Shown here in pieces: positions 19,881 through 28,878 of a DNA stretch of 64,000 nucleotides. Made by a program: the position numbers and the translations under genes. The notes beneath the pieces were generated by a model. That model was not told the DNA's origin, ran no database searches, and saw only the letters and a program-made list of their open reading frames with translations. Origin of the DNA: an uncultured Nitrospiraceae bacterium (GTDB lineage: Bacteria; Nitrospirota; Nitrospiria; Nitrospirales; Nitrospiraceae); the NCBI GenBank assembly GCA_963706325.1, contig CAVPLT010000001.1, positions 800,001-864,000 on the forward strand. Reading direction: 5' to 3'. The number at the start of each line of letters is the position of its first letter. Position 1 is the stretch's first letter.

Positions 19881-21149
19881 TTATTTGAGCGCGGCGAACA
19901 TCTCCTTGACCATCGGGGTCTTGAGTTTCTTGAGCGCTTTGGCTTCGATCTGACGGATGCGTTCGCGTGTCACTGACAGATGTTGCCCCACTTGCTCGAG
20001 GGTGCGCGATTGATCCTCGCCGATACCGAACCGCAGGCGGATGACGATTTGTTCTCTGGGCGTCAAGGTGCCCAGAATCCGATCCATCTCGCGCGCGAGT
20101 TCCGTGCGGTTCACGAGCGCGTCCGGCGGCACCGCCTGATGATCAGGCAACAGTTCCCCGAGTTCCGTTCCCCCATCGCCCACGTGATGTTCCAGCGCTA
20201 CCGGTTCCTGAAAGGCCTGAATGGTTTCATGCAGGCGATCGGGACGCATGCGCATGCTGAAAGCCACCTCCTCTAACCTCGGCTGACGCCCCAGCTGCTG
20301 CACGAGGCGACGAGAGGTTCGAAGAATCCGGTTTGAGGCCTCCGTCTGGTGGACAGGAATCCGAATCGTACGCGACTGGTCGGCCAGCGATCGGGTGATT
20401 CCTTGCCGGATCCACCAAGTGGCGTAGGTGCTGAATTTAAAGCCCTTCCGGTGTTGATACCGTTCGGCCGCTTTCATCAATCCGATATTGCCCTCTTGCA
20501 CCAAGTCGAGCAACGTGAGCCCGCGTCCGGTGTAATGTTTGGCCACATTCACGACTAACCGGAGATTGCAGCGGACTAATTCATCCTTGGCGGCTTCCTG
20601 CGTGACGCGCGAGGCGCGTAATTGTGCCAAGCACGTGTCCAGCTCCTTCTGCGCCGCGGCTGCCTTTCCTTGGGCTGATGCATTCTGCCGCAGGTCTGCG
20701 AGCGCAGCCTCTGCCTGATTGAGAACCGTGGCGGAGAGCCCGCTCAGGCGACGCATCGTCTGCAGCGTCTGGATGCCTTCCGTGATGGCGGGAGTTCGTT
20801 TGAGGCGACCGGCGGCTTTGACCGCTTGCTGGAGCGTATGACGAATTTGCCGTGTGCCGAGATCGAGCTGCTTGGCTAAGGCAAGCTCTTCATTTCGTTC
20901 AAGCAAGGCGCGTTCGCCGAAGGAACGAAAGTATAACGATTCCAACAGAAATGGCGATGAAGCCGAACGCGGCACCTTTGTCGGCGCTTCCGGCTCCGTG
21001 TGAGCGTCAGCTTCCGCTTCCGGCTGGTCGTCGGGGTCCTGAGCAATGCTGTCCAATAAGCCGCTGGCTTCTGGGTCATCCGCATCTGGGTCAACCTGCG
21101 ACACCACCGTCGACCCTATATCGTCTTGAATCGCGAGTGCATGCTTCAT
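19881..21149 (-). CDS. RNA polymerase sigma-70 factor (RpoD/RpoS-like, probably not the primary sigma)
   Basis: [51 protein letters not shown]; divergent region 1. Confidence 0.93.
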   Translation of the reverse strand: MKHALAIQDDIGSTVVSQVDPDADDPEASGLLDSIAQDPDDQPEAEADAHTEPEAPTKVPRSASSPFLLESLYFRSFGERALLERNEELALAKQLDLGTRQIRHTLQQAVKAAGRLKRTPAITEGIQTLQTMRRLSGLSATVLNQAEAALADLRQNASAQGKAAAAQKELDTCLAQLRASRVTQEAAKDELVRCNLRLVVNVAKHYTGRGLTLLDLVQEGNIGLMKAAERYQHRKGFKFSTYATWWIRQGITRSLADQSRTIRIPVHQTEASNRILRTSRRLVQQLGRQPRLEEVAFSMRMRPDRLHETIQAFQEPVALEHHVGDGGTELGELLPDHQAVPPDALVNRTELAREMDRILGTLTPREQIVIRLRFGIGEDQSRTLEQVGQHLSVTRERIRQIEAKALKKLKTPMVKEMFAALK

Positions 21150-21470
21150 TGTGACTACCCCTTTTCCCCATCCTGGAGAGGTTGGCTATATCAATGCTTG
21201 AAGAGGGTACCATCCGTCATTACGTTAGAGACTAGGATCTCCCAAAAGGATTCATTCCAGTGGCTCATTGTGCGTTTTCTCCCTTAGATCCTACGAGCCA
21301 CACTCAAACCTGGATTGCCTACCATAGAGATAGAGCCGCTCACCGAACTGTCAAGAGAGGCATGGCGCCTCGCGGCTGTGTACGTTCGAGCGGATGAAAG
21401 AAGACGAGAAGAAGGGTGCGTGGCTCATTCGGTTGAAAAACCCGTCGGCAGTCTCCTAGAATGCCGAACT

Positions 21471-22349
21471 ATGTCAGAACTGAAAAATAGCGAACGCGTT
21501 CATCTGGTAGACAAGAAAGGTCGGCACTATGCCTTGACCTTGAAAGCCGGGGACATCTATCACTTTAGCGGCGAGACTATTCCGCACGACGAACTCATCG
21601 GAATGCCGGATGGTTCCATCGTGACCCTGTCGAAGGGAAAGCGATTTCTCGCCTTGCGGCCGACCTTTGGGGAATATGTGCTCAAAATGCCCCGCGGGGC
21701 CCAGGTGTTGTACCCCAAAGACCTCTCATTGATTCCCATGTGGGCGGATGTGTACCCGGGCGCCCGAGTGTTCGAGGCCGGTACAGGGTCCGGAGCGCTC
21801 ACGATGGCATTATTGCGGGCCGTGGGACCCACAGGCCTGGTCGTGACCTATGAAGCCCGCGATGATTTCGCCCATACGGCGCTCACCAATATCGAACGGT
21901 ACATGGGGCCGGTGTCCACGCTCATGCCCTGTCGAAAGAATGCCTATGAGGGGATCGACGTACTCGAAGACGGTCGTTTGTTCGATCGCCTTGTGCTGGA
22001 CCTGCCGGAACCATGGCAAGTCGTGCCCCACGCGGCGAAGGTGTTGCGTTCCGGCGGCATTTATCTCAGCTTCGTCCCGACCGTGCCCCAGGTCATGCAA
22101 ACTGTCGATGCGCTCGAACGCACCGCGGTATTCGGCATGGTCGAGACGTTCGAAACGCTGTTGAGAACCTGGTCGATTCAAGGGCGCAGTGTCCGCCCGG
22201 ACCACCGCATGGTGGCGCATTCGGGGTTTTTAACCGTGGCGAGAAAAGTCGAAGCCGGGTGGTGGTCGCAGGCGGCAAAGACAACGGTGGCAGACGCGGT
22301 CGCTGAAGACACTCAGGAAGAAAGCGAAGGGGAGGCGTCGCGAGTATGA
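21471..22349 (+). CDS. trmI: tRNA (adenine58-N1)-methyltransferase
   Basis: MPRGAQVLYPKD, EAGTGSGALT, LDLPEPW, RPDHRMVAHSGFL. Confidence 0.93.
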   Translation: MSELKNSERVHLVDKKGRHYALTLKAGDIYHFSGETIPHDELIGMPDGSIVTLSKGKRFLALRPTFGEYVLKMPRGAQVLYPKDLSLIPMWADVYPGARVFEAGTGSGALTMALLRAVGPTGLVVTYEARDDFAHTALTNIERYMGPVSTLMPCRKNAYEGIDVLEDGRLFDRLVLDLPEPWQVVPHAAKVLRSGGIYLSFVPTVPQVMQTVDALERTAVFGMVETFETLLRTWSIQGRSVRPDHRMVAHSGFLTVARKVEAGWWSQAAKTTVADAVAEDTQEESEGEASRV

Positions 22350-23107
22350 ATCGGTTACAGGGAAAGGTGGCCATCATCACCGGCGGCAATGCGGGAATCG
22401 GAGAAGCCATCGCGAAATTGTTCGCGGATGAAGGCGCGTCCGTCGTCGTGACCGGCCGTCGCAAAGAAGAACTCGACCGTGTCGTGAAGGGCATCGGGGT
22501 GAATGGCGGACGGGCGCTGGCCGTCGCCGGGTCTGTCACTGATGAAGCGCATGTGCAGGATGTGGTCACGCAGACGATCCGTACCTTCGGCAAGCTCCAT
22601 ATTCTGGTGAATAATGCCGGGATCGGCGATTTCGGCAAGCGCTTGCATGAAACGGACGATGCGACCTGGCTGAAGATGTTGGACATCAATCTTACCGGAG
22701 TCTTCCGCATCACCCGCGCCGCGGTGCCGGAACTCATCAAAAGCGGCGGTGGGGCGATCATCAATATTTCCACGGTGGCCAGTCTGGTCGGCATTCGCGG
22801 CCTCCCGAGTTACGCCGCCTCGAAAGGCGGGGTAGATGCGCTGACCAGGGCCATGGCCGTCGATTACGCGCAGGACAATATCCGGTGCAACGTGGTCAAT
22901 CCTGGATTGATCGATACCCCCATGGCGGCGCCCTTGATGGCTAATCCTGCCAACCTCGAGCCGATTCTCGCGCAGTACGCCATTCATCGGCCAGGCAAGC
23001 CGGAAGAGGTCGCCAAGATGGTGCTGTATCTGGCCTCCGACGATGCGATATGGGTGACCGGCGGAACCTTCCCTATCGACGGCGGCATGACCATCAGCAA
23101 GGGGTAA
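22346..23107 (+). CDS. Short-chain dehydrogenase/reductase
   Basis: TGGNAGIG, NNAG, YAASK. Confidence 0.95.
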   Translation: MNRLQGKVAIITGGNAGIGEAIAKLFADEGASVVVTGRRKEELDRVVKGIGVNGGRALAVAGSVTDEAHVQDVVTQTIRTFGKLHILVNNAGIGDFGKRLHETDDATWLKMLDINLTGVFRITRAAVPELIKSGGGAIINISTVASLVGIRGLPSYAASKGGVDALTRAMAVDYAQDNIRCNVVNPGLIDTPMAAPLMANPANLEPILAQYAIHRPGKPEEVAKMVLYLASDDAIWVTGGTFPIDGGMTISKG

Positions 23108-23196
23108 GCAAGGAGGCGACCGCCCTGTCGCGGCCTGGGGCGACGACCGCTGGGAGTCTGCTGCGACGCCGAGTTGCCGGAAGCGAGGAGGTGATC

Positions 23197-23526
23197 ATGA
23201 GCGCTATGCAACGTGTGAGCGCGGTGGTTATGCCGGCCATCTTCTTGGCCGCGCTCCTGTCCGGGGTACTGGGGACAGGTGTGGCGCAAGCGGAAGGCGG
23301 GACAGAGTTCGTGGGAACGGTCTTGTCGGTGGACACGTCATCCGGAAAGTTCGCCGTCAAGAAAGACGGCGGGGGAAGCCGGTTCACCTTCGTCGCCAAT
23401 GAGAAGACCCATTTCGACGGCGGGGCGAACGCAGTGAAGGATTTGAAGAAAGACGATCACGTGACGGTACTGTATCAGGTGCAAGGATCTCAGTACGTGG
23501 CACTCAAGGTGTTGCTCTCGAAGTAG
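23197..23526 (+). CDS. Small secreted beta-rich protein
   Basis: RBS GAGGAGG; signal peptide ending AQA-E; GTVLSVD...LKKDDHVTVLY pattern suggests an OB-like fold. Confidence 0.75.
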   Translation: MSAMQRVSAVVMPAIFLAALLSGVLGTGVAQAEGGTEFVGTVLSVDTSSGKFAVKKDGGGSRFTFVANEKTHFDGGANAVKDLKKDDHVTVLYQVQGSQYVALKVLLSK

Positions 23527-23539
23527 GAAGTATTTGCGT

Positions 23540-24397
23540 ATGGACATCTCAGCTCAGACTCAATGGTGCGGCATCATCGGGAATCCTGTCGAACATTCGC
23601 TGTCGCCCGCGATTCACAATGCAGCCTTTCAGAAGATGGGGTTGGATCTGGTGTACTTGGCGTTTCGCGTGGAAAACCTGGCTGACGCGCTGAATGGCGT
23701 GCGGGCATTGGGCCATGCGCGAGGGTTGAGCGTCACGATCCCGCATAAGGTGGCGGCGATTCCGTTTCTAGACGAAGTAGAACCCACCGCTAAACACATC
23801 GGCGCCATCAACACCGTCGTGGTTGAGGACGGAAAATTGAAGGGGTACAACACGGACGCCTCCGGCGCGTTGCGCGCATTAAAAGAAGGCGGGGCCTTGC
23901 TTGACGGTCACCGGGTGCTGATATTGGGTTCGGGCGGAGCCGCCCGGGCGATTGCCTTCGCGCTGGCGACGGGAGCCGGGATCGCCGGCCTGACAATTTT
24001 GGGGATCGAAGAGGTGGAACGGCAGAAGCTCGTGAAGGACCTTCGAGCAAAGACCGGAATTCCCATCGAAGATGGCCCGCTGACATTGGACACGCTGCGG
24101 AACTGGGTCCCGCACGTGCGCACCTTGATCCACTGTACACCGGTCGGTATGCACCCTCGCGTGGACGAATCCTGTGTGCCGGCAAATCTGTTCAGGCCGG
24201 AACTCACGGTCATGGACATTGTCTATAATCCCCGGGAAACCAAATTGCTGCAGGAAGCGCAGGCGGCGGGTTGTCGGACCATTTCGGGGTTGGAGATGTT
24301 TCTCAACCAAGCCGTGCTGCAATTTGAACTCTGGACCAATCAGCCGGCTCCAGCCGACGTGATGCGGCAGGTGCTGGAGTCTCGCTTTGGAGCCTGA
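23540..24397 (+). CDS. aroE: Shikimate dehydrogenase
   Basis: HSLSPAIHN, VTIPHK, AINT, NTD, GSGGAAR, DIVYNP. Confidence 0.96.
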   Translation: MDISAQTQWCGIIGNPVEHSLSPAIHNAAFQKMGLDLVYLAFRVENLADALNGVRALGHARGLSVTIPHKVAAIPFLDEVEPTAKHIGAINTVVVEDGKLKGYNTDASGALRALKEGGALLDGHRVLILGSGGAARAIAFALATGAGIAGLTILGIEEVERQKLVKDLRAKTGIPIEDGPLTLDTLRNWVPHVRTLIHCTPVGMHPRVDESCVPANLFRPELTVMDIVYNPRETKLLQEAQAAGCRTISGLEMFLNQAVLQFELWTNQPAPADVMRQVLESRFGA

Positions 24398-24980
24398 AAC
24401 ACCCGCCCGCGCGGATCAACGATCAGGACTAGCTGCACCATTCGCAAGCAAGGACTCCCTCCGGAATCTCGTCTTGATTGGTTATCGGGGAACCGGCAAG
24501 AGCACGGTCGGGAAGGTCCTGGCCAGGAGGCTGCATCGTACATTGGTGTCGACTGATGCGGAGATTATAAAGCGGGCCAAGTTGTCCGTCCCTGAGATCG
24601 TGAAGCAGTTCGGGTGGGATCATTTTCGTGATTTAGAATCAGCGGTCTGCCGTGATTTTGCGGCGCAGGAGCGGCTGATCATCGATACCGGTGGCGGCGC
24701 CATCTTGCGAAGCGAGAATGTAGAGGCGTTGCGACGAAGCGGAACAGTGGTGTGGCTCACGGCGACAGTGGCGACAATCACTCGCCGCATTGGGGGTGAT
24801 ACGCAACGGCCTTCGTTGACCGGGACAAAATCCTTCACCGAGGAAATTCGCGACGTGCTGACGGAACGCATGCCGAAGTATCAGGCAGCGGCCCACCACG
24901 TCGTATCGACTGATGGCGCCTCCACGGTCCAAGTGGCCGAGCGGATCTTGCAACAAGTATGTCGTGGGTCAGCTGAGTGA
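24387..24980 (+). CDS. aroK: Shikimate kinase
   Basis: GYRGTGKSTVG, FRDLE, TGGG, RPSL. Start uncertain. Confidence 0.93.
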   Translation: MEPETPARADQRSGLAAPFASKDSLRNLVLIGYRGTGKSTVGKVLARRLHRTLVSTDAEIIKRAKLSVPEIVKQFGWDHFRDLESAVCRDFAAQERLIIDTGGGAILRSENVEALRRSGTVVWLTATVATITRRIGGDTQRPSLTGTKSFTEEIRDVLTERMPKYQAAAHHVVSTDGASTVQVAERILQQVCRGSAE

Positions 24981-25057
24981 TTTGCGGTCGCCTTCCAGAA
25001 GGCGGTGCGCTCGACAACCTTGACAACACCTGATCAACGTGGTTCTTATACCGGCGC

Positions 25058-25134
25058 GCGCCCGTAGCTCAATTGGATAGAGCATCGGACTTCGGATCCG
25101 AGGGTTGGGGGTTCAAGTCCCTCCGGGCGCACCA
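25058..25134 (+). tRNA. tRNA-Arg (anticodon TCG)
   Basis: 77-nt cloverleaf: acceptor GCGCCCG/CGGGCGC, anticodon arm TCGGA-CTTCGGA-TCCGA, T-loop TTCAAGT, encoded CCA. Confidence 0.96.
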
Positions 25135-25402
25135 AGTTCAAGCATTTATATGGTCGCTCTAAGAGGATCGACAAACTCATTTTTCCTCTTATGTTCGGCG
25201 GCTTCCTTTTTGGCTTGAACTGCTGCCTGCTCTTTTATCTCTACTTCCTCCGCAAAGCTGACCCCAACGTCTTCAGGGCTGGCACAAAAGTGCCTGGTTA
25301 TACTCAGATATGCCCTAGGCAAGATCCTGGCTGGTATTTCGTGCATGGCTGAGTTACATGAAGCCCTCAAGATCAACGGTTTCCGAGTCTGAGGGAGCGC
25401 CC

Positions 25403-25708
25403 GTGAGCCACCAAGAGAAGCTCACTCAATGTCATCTCCTTGAATGCTACCTCTTCCTACGTGACTTCTGGATTGAGTCTTCATCCAACGCTGAACATCT
25501 GCAGCTCAGAAGGAAGGCTGATCGCCGTACGTTTCACCTGAAGGTCAATGCTGAGTGGCTGCAGATGAAGAGTCATGCCACCATTGAGCATCGACTCGAT
25601 GGGCTGGGGCTCATTCCCTTCCTCGAAAAGAATGGGTCAGCCTGGATCAGGGTCACGTCCACTGGCCAAGAAGTGATCACGCATCTTGAGCGAGACGCGG
25701 AACGGTAA
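25403..25708 (+). CDS. Hypothetical protein (island)
   Basis: GTG start after GAGGGAG; 101 aa; no motif. Confidence 0.55.
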   Translation: MSHQEKLTQCHLLECYLFLRDFWIESSSNAEHLQLRRKADRRTFHLKVNAEWLQMKSHATIEHRLDGLGLIPFLEKNGSAWIRVTSTGQEVITHLERDAER

Positions 25709-25871
25709 CGGTCTTCACACCTTCAGCATTCTCATGCAGCCCCAGCGCTGATACTTCCAGACCACTTTCCCGAGCATGCGTTTTTCATTGTCTGCCTCGT
25801 TGAACTGCAAGCGGTCCGTTTCTCATCTCGCGTCGCGAACGCGGCTGTTGTGTGTACCGCGGCGGAGGCAG

Positions 25872-26084
25872 TTATTCGGACTTAAGTGAGGCCATGTCGA
25901 TTGAGAAGCGGTACTTCACATCAGATTCGAGCAGTCTGTCGTAGGCTGCGTTGACCCTGTGGATGGGGATGACTTCGACGTCGGCGGTGATGTTGTGTGC
26001 CCCGCAAAAGTCGAGCATTTCTTGAGTCTCAGGTATGCCGCCGATGTTCGAGCCGGACAGGCTGCGGCGGCCGAAGACCTTCGC
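25872..26084 (-). pseudogene. 3' fragment of a zinc-dependent alcohol dehydrogenase
   Basis: 70 codons ([24 protein letters not shown]...IDMASLKSE*) nearly identical to the C-terminus of 28879-29940; an in-frame stop lies just upstream. Confidence 0.9.
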
Positions 26085-26301
26085 GACAGGAGGTTACATT
26101 TTGTGCACCCTCGCCAGGGCACGATGGGATTCGAACCTCCTGCCATGCCGATTGATCGACCGCTAAAGAATATAGAAAGTTCTTAGTTGACCGCTCACCG
26201 ATGCATTCCGTGACAAACTGGATAGTAGAACATCATTCAGTTACTACGGCGGCAGGTAATACTGGCAATAAATAAAATTTTGTTGTGGGGGCACAGGGAT
26301 A

Positions 26302-26339
26302 TTGACAGCCTAAGCCGTTTCACTTAGTGTAGGTGAAAC
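26302..26339 (+). promoter_or_regulatory. Sigma-70-type promoter overlapped by an operator-like palindrome
   Basis: TTGACA (26302)-17 nt-TAGTGT; GTTTCAC-N9-GTGAAAC (26317-26339) straddles the -10. Confidence 0.55.
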
Positions 26340-26516
26340 CATACATACCGTATAAAGACATGAAGTGGTTAAAGAATAAAAGTGCACCCACTCGCGAGTA
26401 CAACGCCTAGTTCCTATCGGGACGACGACCGTAGGTGACGGAACGAGAAAGTTTACACGACGGAATTTGACAATGTGCCTCAAATTTCGCCTGAGGATGC
26501 CCAGGGTCCATAACCT

Positions 26517-27071
26517 GTGAATACCCTTCGACGGGCTACCCCCACTGGAACCTTGGGCGTCTTCTTATACGGACCAACATGTTCCACGCTCCCACTTCTG
26601 GCAGCCTTGTTATCAATTGCAGCCGTTGCTCTTGCGCAGAATACACTCGATGATTCCGTCGCGCTTTCTCTGAGCTCTGCGAGGGTGTCTGGCCATGATG
26701 GGAACGTTACGCTCACCATTACTTTTGAGAATCGCTCCACTCACGACATCACGCTGAACAAGAGGATGGCCAATCCAGGCCCCGATCTCATGATCGACAT
26801 TGAGGATCTGATGGGGAATCGTCTTCGATGGCTTCCCTCCGCTCCGCCTCCCACGATCACCAGGGAGGATTTTACGGTGCTGAGGGCGGGACAGAAACTT
26901 AAAGTGCCGATCTCTGTCTTGCAAATTGGCCTTTTTGACAAACTGAAACGGAAGCAGAAGTACCGGATGACAGCGCGATACCAGAATTCTGAAACGGGAA
27001 GCAAGTTTAACTATGCGGCGTGGACAGGATTGATCACCTCGAACACGATCTTGTTTGAAGGGGAAGGATAA
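26517..27071 (+). CDS. Secreted beta-sandwich (Ig-like) hypothetical protein
   Basis: Signal-like LPLLAALLSIAAVALA-Q; alternating beta pattern (VTLTITFEN, DFTVLRAGQ, YRMTARY, WTGLITSN). Confidence 0.75.
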   Translation: MNTLRRATPTGTLGVFLYGPTCSTLPLLAALLSIAAVALAQNTLDDSVALSLSSARVSGHDGNVTLTITFENRSTHDITLNKRMANPGPDLMIDIEDLMGNRLRWLPSAPPPTITREDFTVLRAGQKLKVPISVLQIGLFDKLKRKQKYRMTARYQNSETGSKFNYAAWTGLITSNTILFEGEG

Positions 27072-27076
27072 ATGCG

Positions 27077-27841
27077 ATGGGCAGCAAACTGCGGTTAACT
27101 TGTCTCTGTGCCCTGAATGCCGTCCTGCTCATCTCAACGTATTCTTATGCAGTTGTAATACTACCCGAATTCTCCTTCGATATTCCTACACAAACGATCA
27201 GCACCACTGCCCTCGCCGGACTTCACAATGAATTCCTAATGACTGTCGGATATGACATCGGTTTCACCCAAAAGGATGGGTATAACGTCACGGAGAAGAT
27301 ACAGTTAACAGGTGTCGATCCTGGCCCGGCCGTTAAGGACTTATGGAAGTCGAGTACCGAAACCATTTGGACCACACGCGACAGATTTAACGAACCGATA
27401 AATGTAAATGTGCAGTTTGTCGGGCAGGGGGGAAACATTACCGTTGCAGTGTTGCCGGACTTGCCACCCTCGATATCGAAACCTGACGCCTTTCGAGGCA
27501 ATGAACTCGCTTGGTTTGCAGGATGGTCTGCAGTAGGGACCCCTAATGGAACCGGTAGTCCTGCACCGTGGGTGCATGAGGTAGGGCACATGTTCGGTAA
27601 TTACGATGAGTATCCAGGTGGAGGCGTCAACCCGAACAACTCACATGGCAATGAGCCTGGCTTAATGGGGGTGAGCTTAGGTGGGCCTACAGGGACCGCT
27701 CTCTCTCTGTTTGATCGACAATACCAATTTGTCGCAGATTGGGCCATGGGTCAAACGGTAGCGACGGCACCGGAGCCTGCGACATTTCTGCTTCTTGCTT
27801 CGGGGCTAGGCGGCCTTCTCCTCTTAAGAAGGCAAACTTAA
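27077..27841 (+). CDS. PEP-CTERM-sorted zinc metalloprotease (metzincin-like)
   Basis: Signal peptide; HEVGHMFGNYDEY zinc motif; GLMG Met-turn candidate; C-terminal APEPATFLLLASGLGGLLLLRRQT. Confidence 0.87.
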   Translation: MGSKLRLTCLCALNAVLLISTYSYAVVILPEFSFDIPTQTISTTALAGLHNEFLMTVGYDIGFTQKDGYNVTEKIQLTGVDPGPAVKDLWKSSTETIWTTRDRFNEPINVNVQFVGQGGNITVAVLPDLPPSISKPDAFRGNELAWFAGWSAVGTPNGTGSPAPWVHEVGHMFGNYDEYPGGGVNPNNSHGNEPGLMGVSLGGPTGTALSLFDRQYQFVADWAMGQTVATAPEPATFLLLASGLGGLLLLRRQT

Positions 27842-28386
27842 GCGAACTTCTGACCTCCCGCTAAACCCGTAAGCTTTCGTATGCCAACACTTTTCATGAG
27901 CCGGAACCACCATCCATTGTCATAGGGGAAAACGCCTGTATCTGACACTTGGCCATAGGTCCCCCAGGTCGCTCATACCGTGACCCATGACCTGGAGGAT
28001 AACCCCTTCCGTAATCCGCACCCCTGTCACGGGCATTGCCGCATGCACGAGTAATGCAGCGACGGATAGCATCCACTGGCTCCCTTTGTTTTAAGCGCGT
28101 ATTGGCCATAGGAGTTTGACACCTAAAGGGGATGGCAGGGTATGACCACGAGTGGGGGAGGTGTCAGCTTAGTGTTAGAAATAGAGACAAAACGAATGGA
28201 ATTGGTACGAAGTGCTGTTACTGGAAGTGAAAGGCTGACCTCGTGCCAGCCGCTGTAGTGGCGGGGATTACCCAAGTCATCAAAGGCTTGAGCACCCCCT
28301 TCCCCGATTTGTAAACCGCAGGTCATCCCAGCGGTTGAGGCTATGCTTTGCGCAGGCCGGAAGGTCTATTTAAAATCTAATGCGCG

Positions 28387-28791
28387 TTACGGCTGAGGAT
28401 GTTGCCAGCTTTTGTAGACCGTCTCGAGACTGTATCCATCAGGACCAAAGACGTTTGCTGCGTAGTACCGGGGGTCAGAGTACAGGCGCGCGCCGGGTTT
28501 GCCGTTGTCAATTGCTTCGGCCGCCATCGCAGCCTCCTAGAATGCGTTCACCTCAGACTCACTTTTGGCAACGAAGCCGACATGCGCGGCCCTGGCGTCT
28601 GCAGTCCCTTGTCTTAGCCAGAAAAATACACGGCCGTCCCGCCCGAAACCCTTGAGGTCAGGGTGCCCTACGGGGCCATCCCTGCCGTCGTAGTCGACAC
28701 TATGCACAATTCCGAGCGGCTTGAGAGCCTTCTCGTAGAAGGCAATAGAGCGGTCGAGATCCGTGACGGTTATGAAGATGTGGTCTAGCAA
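28387..28791 (-). pseudogene. VOC/glyoxalase-family gene with internal stop
   Basis: LDHIFITVTDLDRSIAFY...HVGF...AF*EAAMAA...DNGKPG...YYAANVFGPDGYSLE; in-frame TAG at 28537-28539. Confidence 0.85.
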
Positions 28792-28878
28792 AAAAATGCA
28801 CCTCATTCGTTCGCTCTGGTTGCCTCGAAATCACCAAATGACGATTCGTTGCTCTTTCATAAGCACCTGCTCGGCCGG

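Noticed and set aside
28537..28539. Pyrrolysine readthrough of the VOC TAG, or selenocysteine at the beta-barrel TGA (42434-42436)
   Set aside because: The positions fit Tyr and Gly, and no pyl/sel genes or SECIS-like element are seen; single-base nonsense changes suffice.
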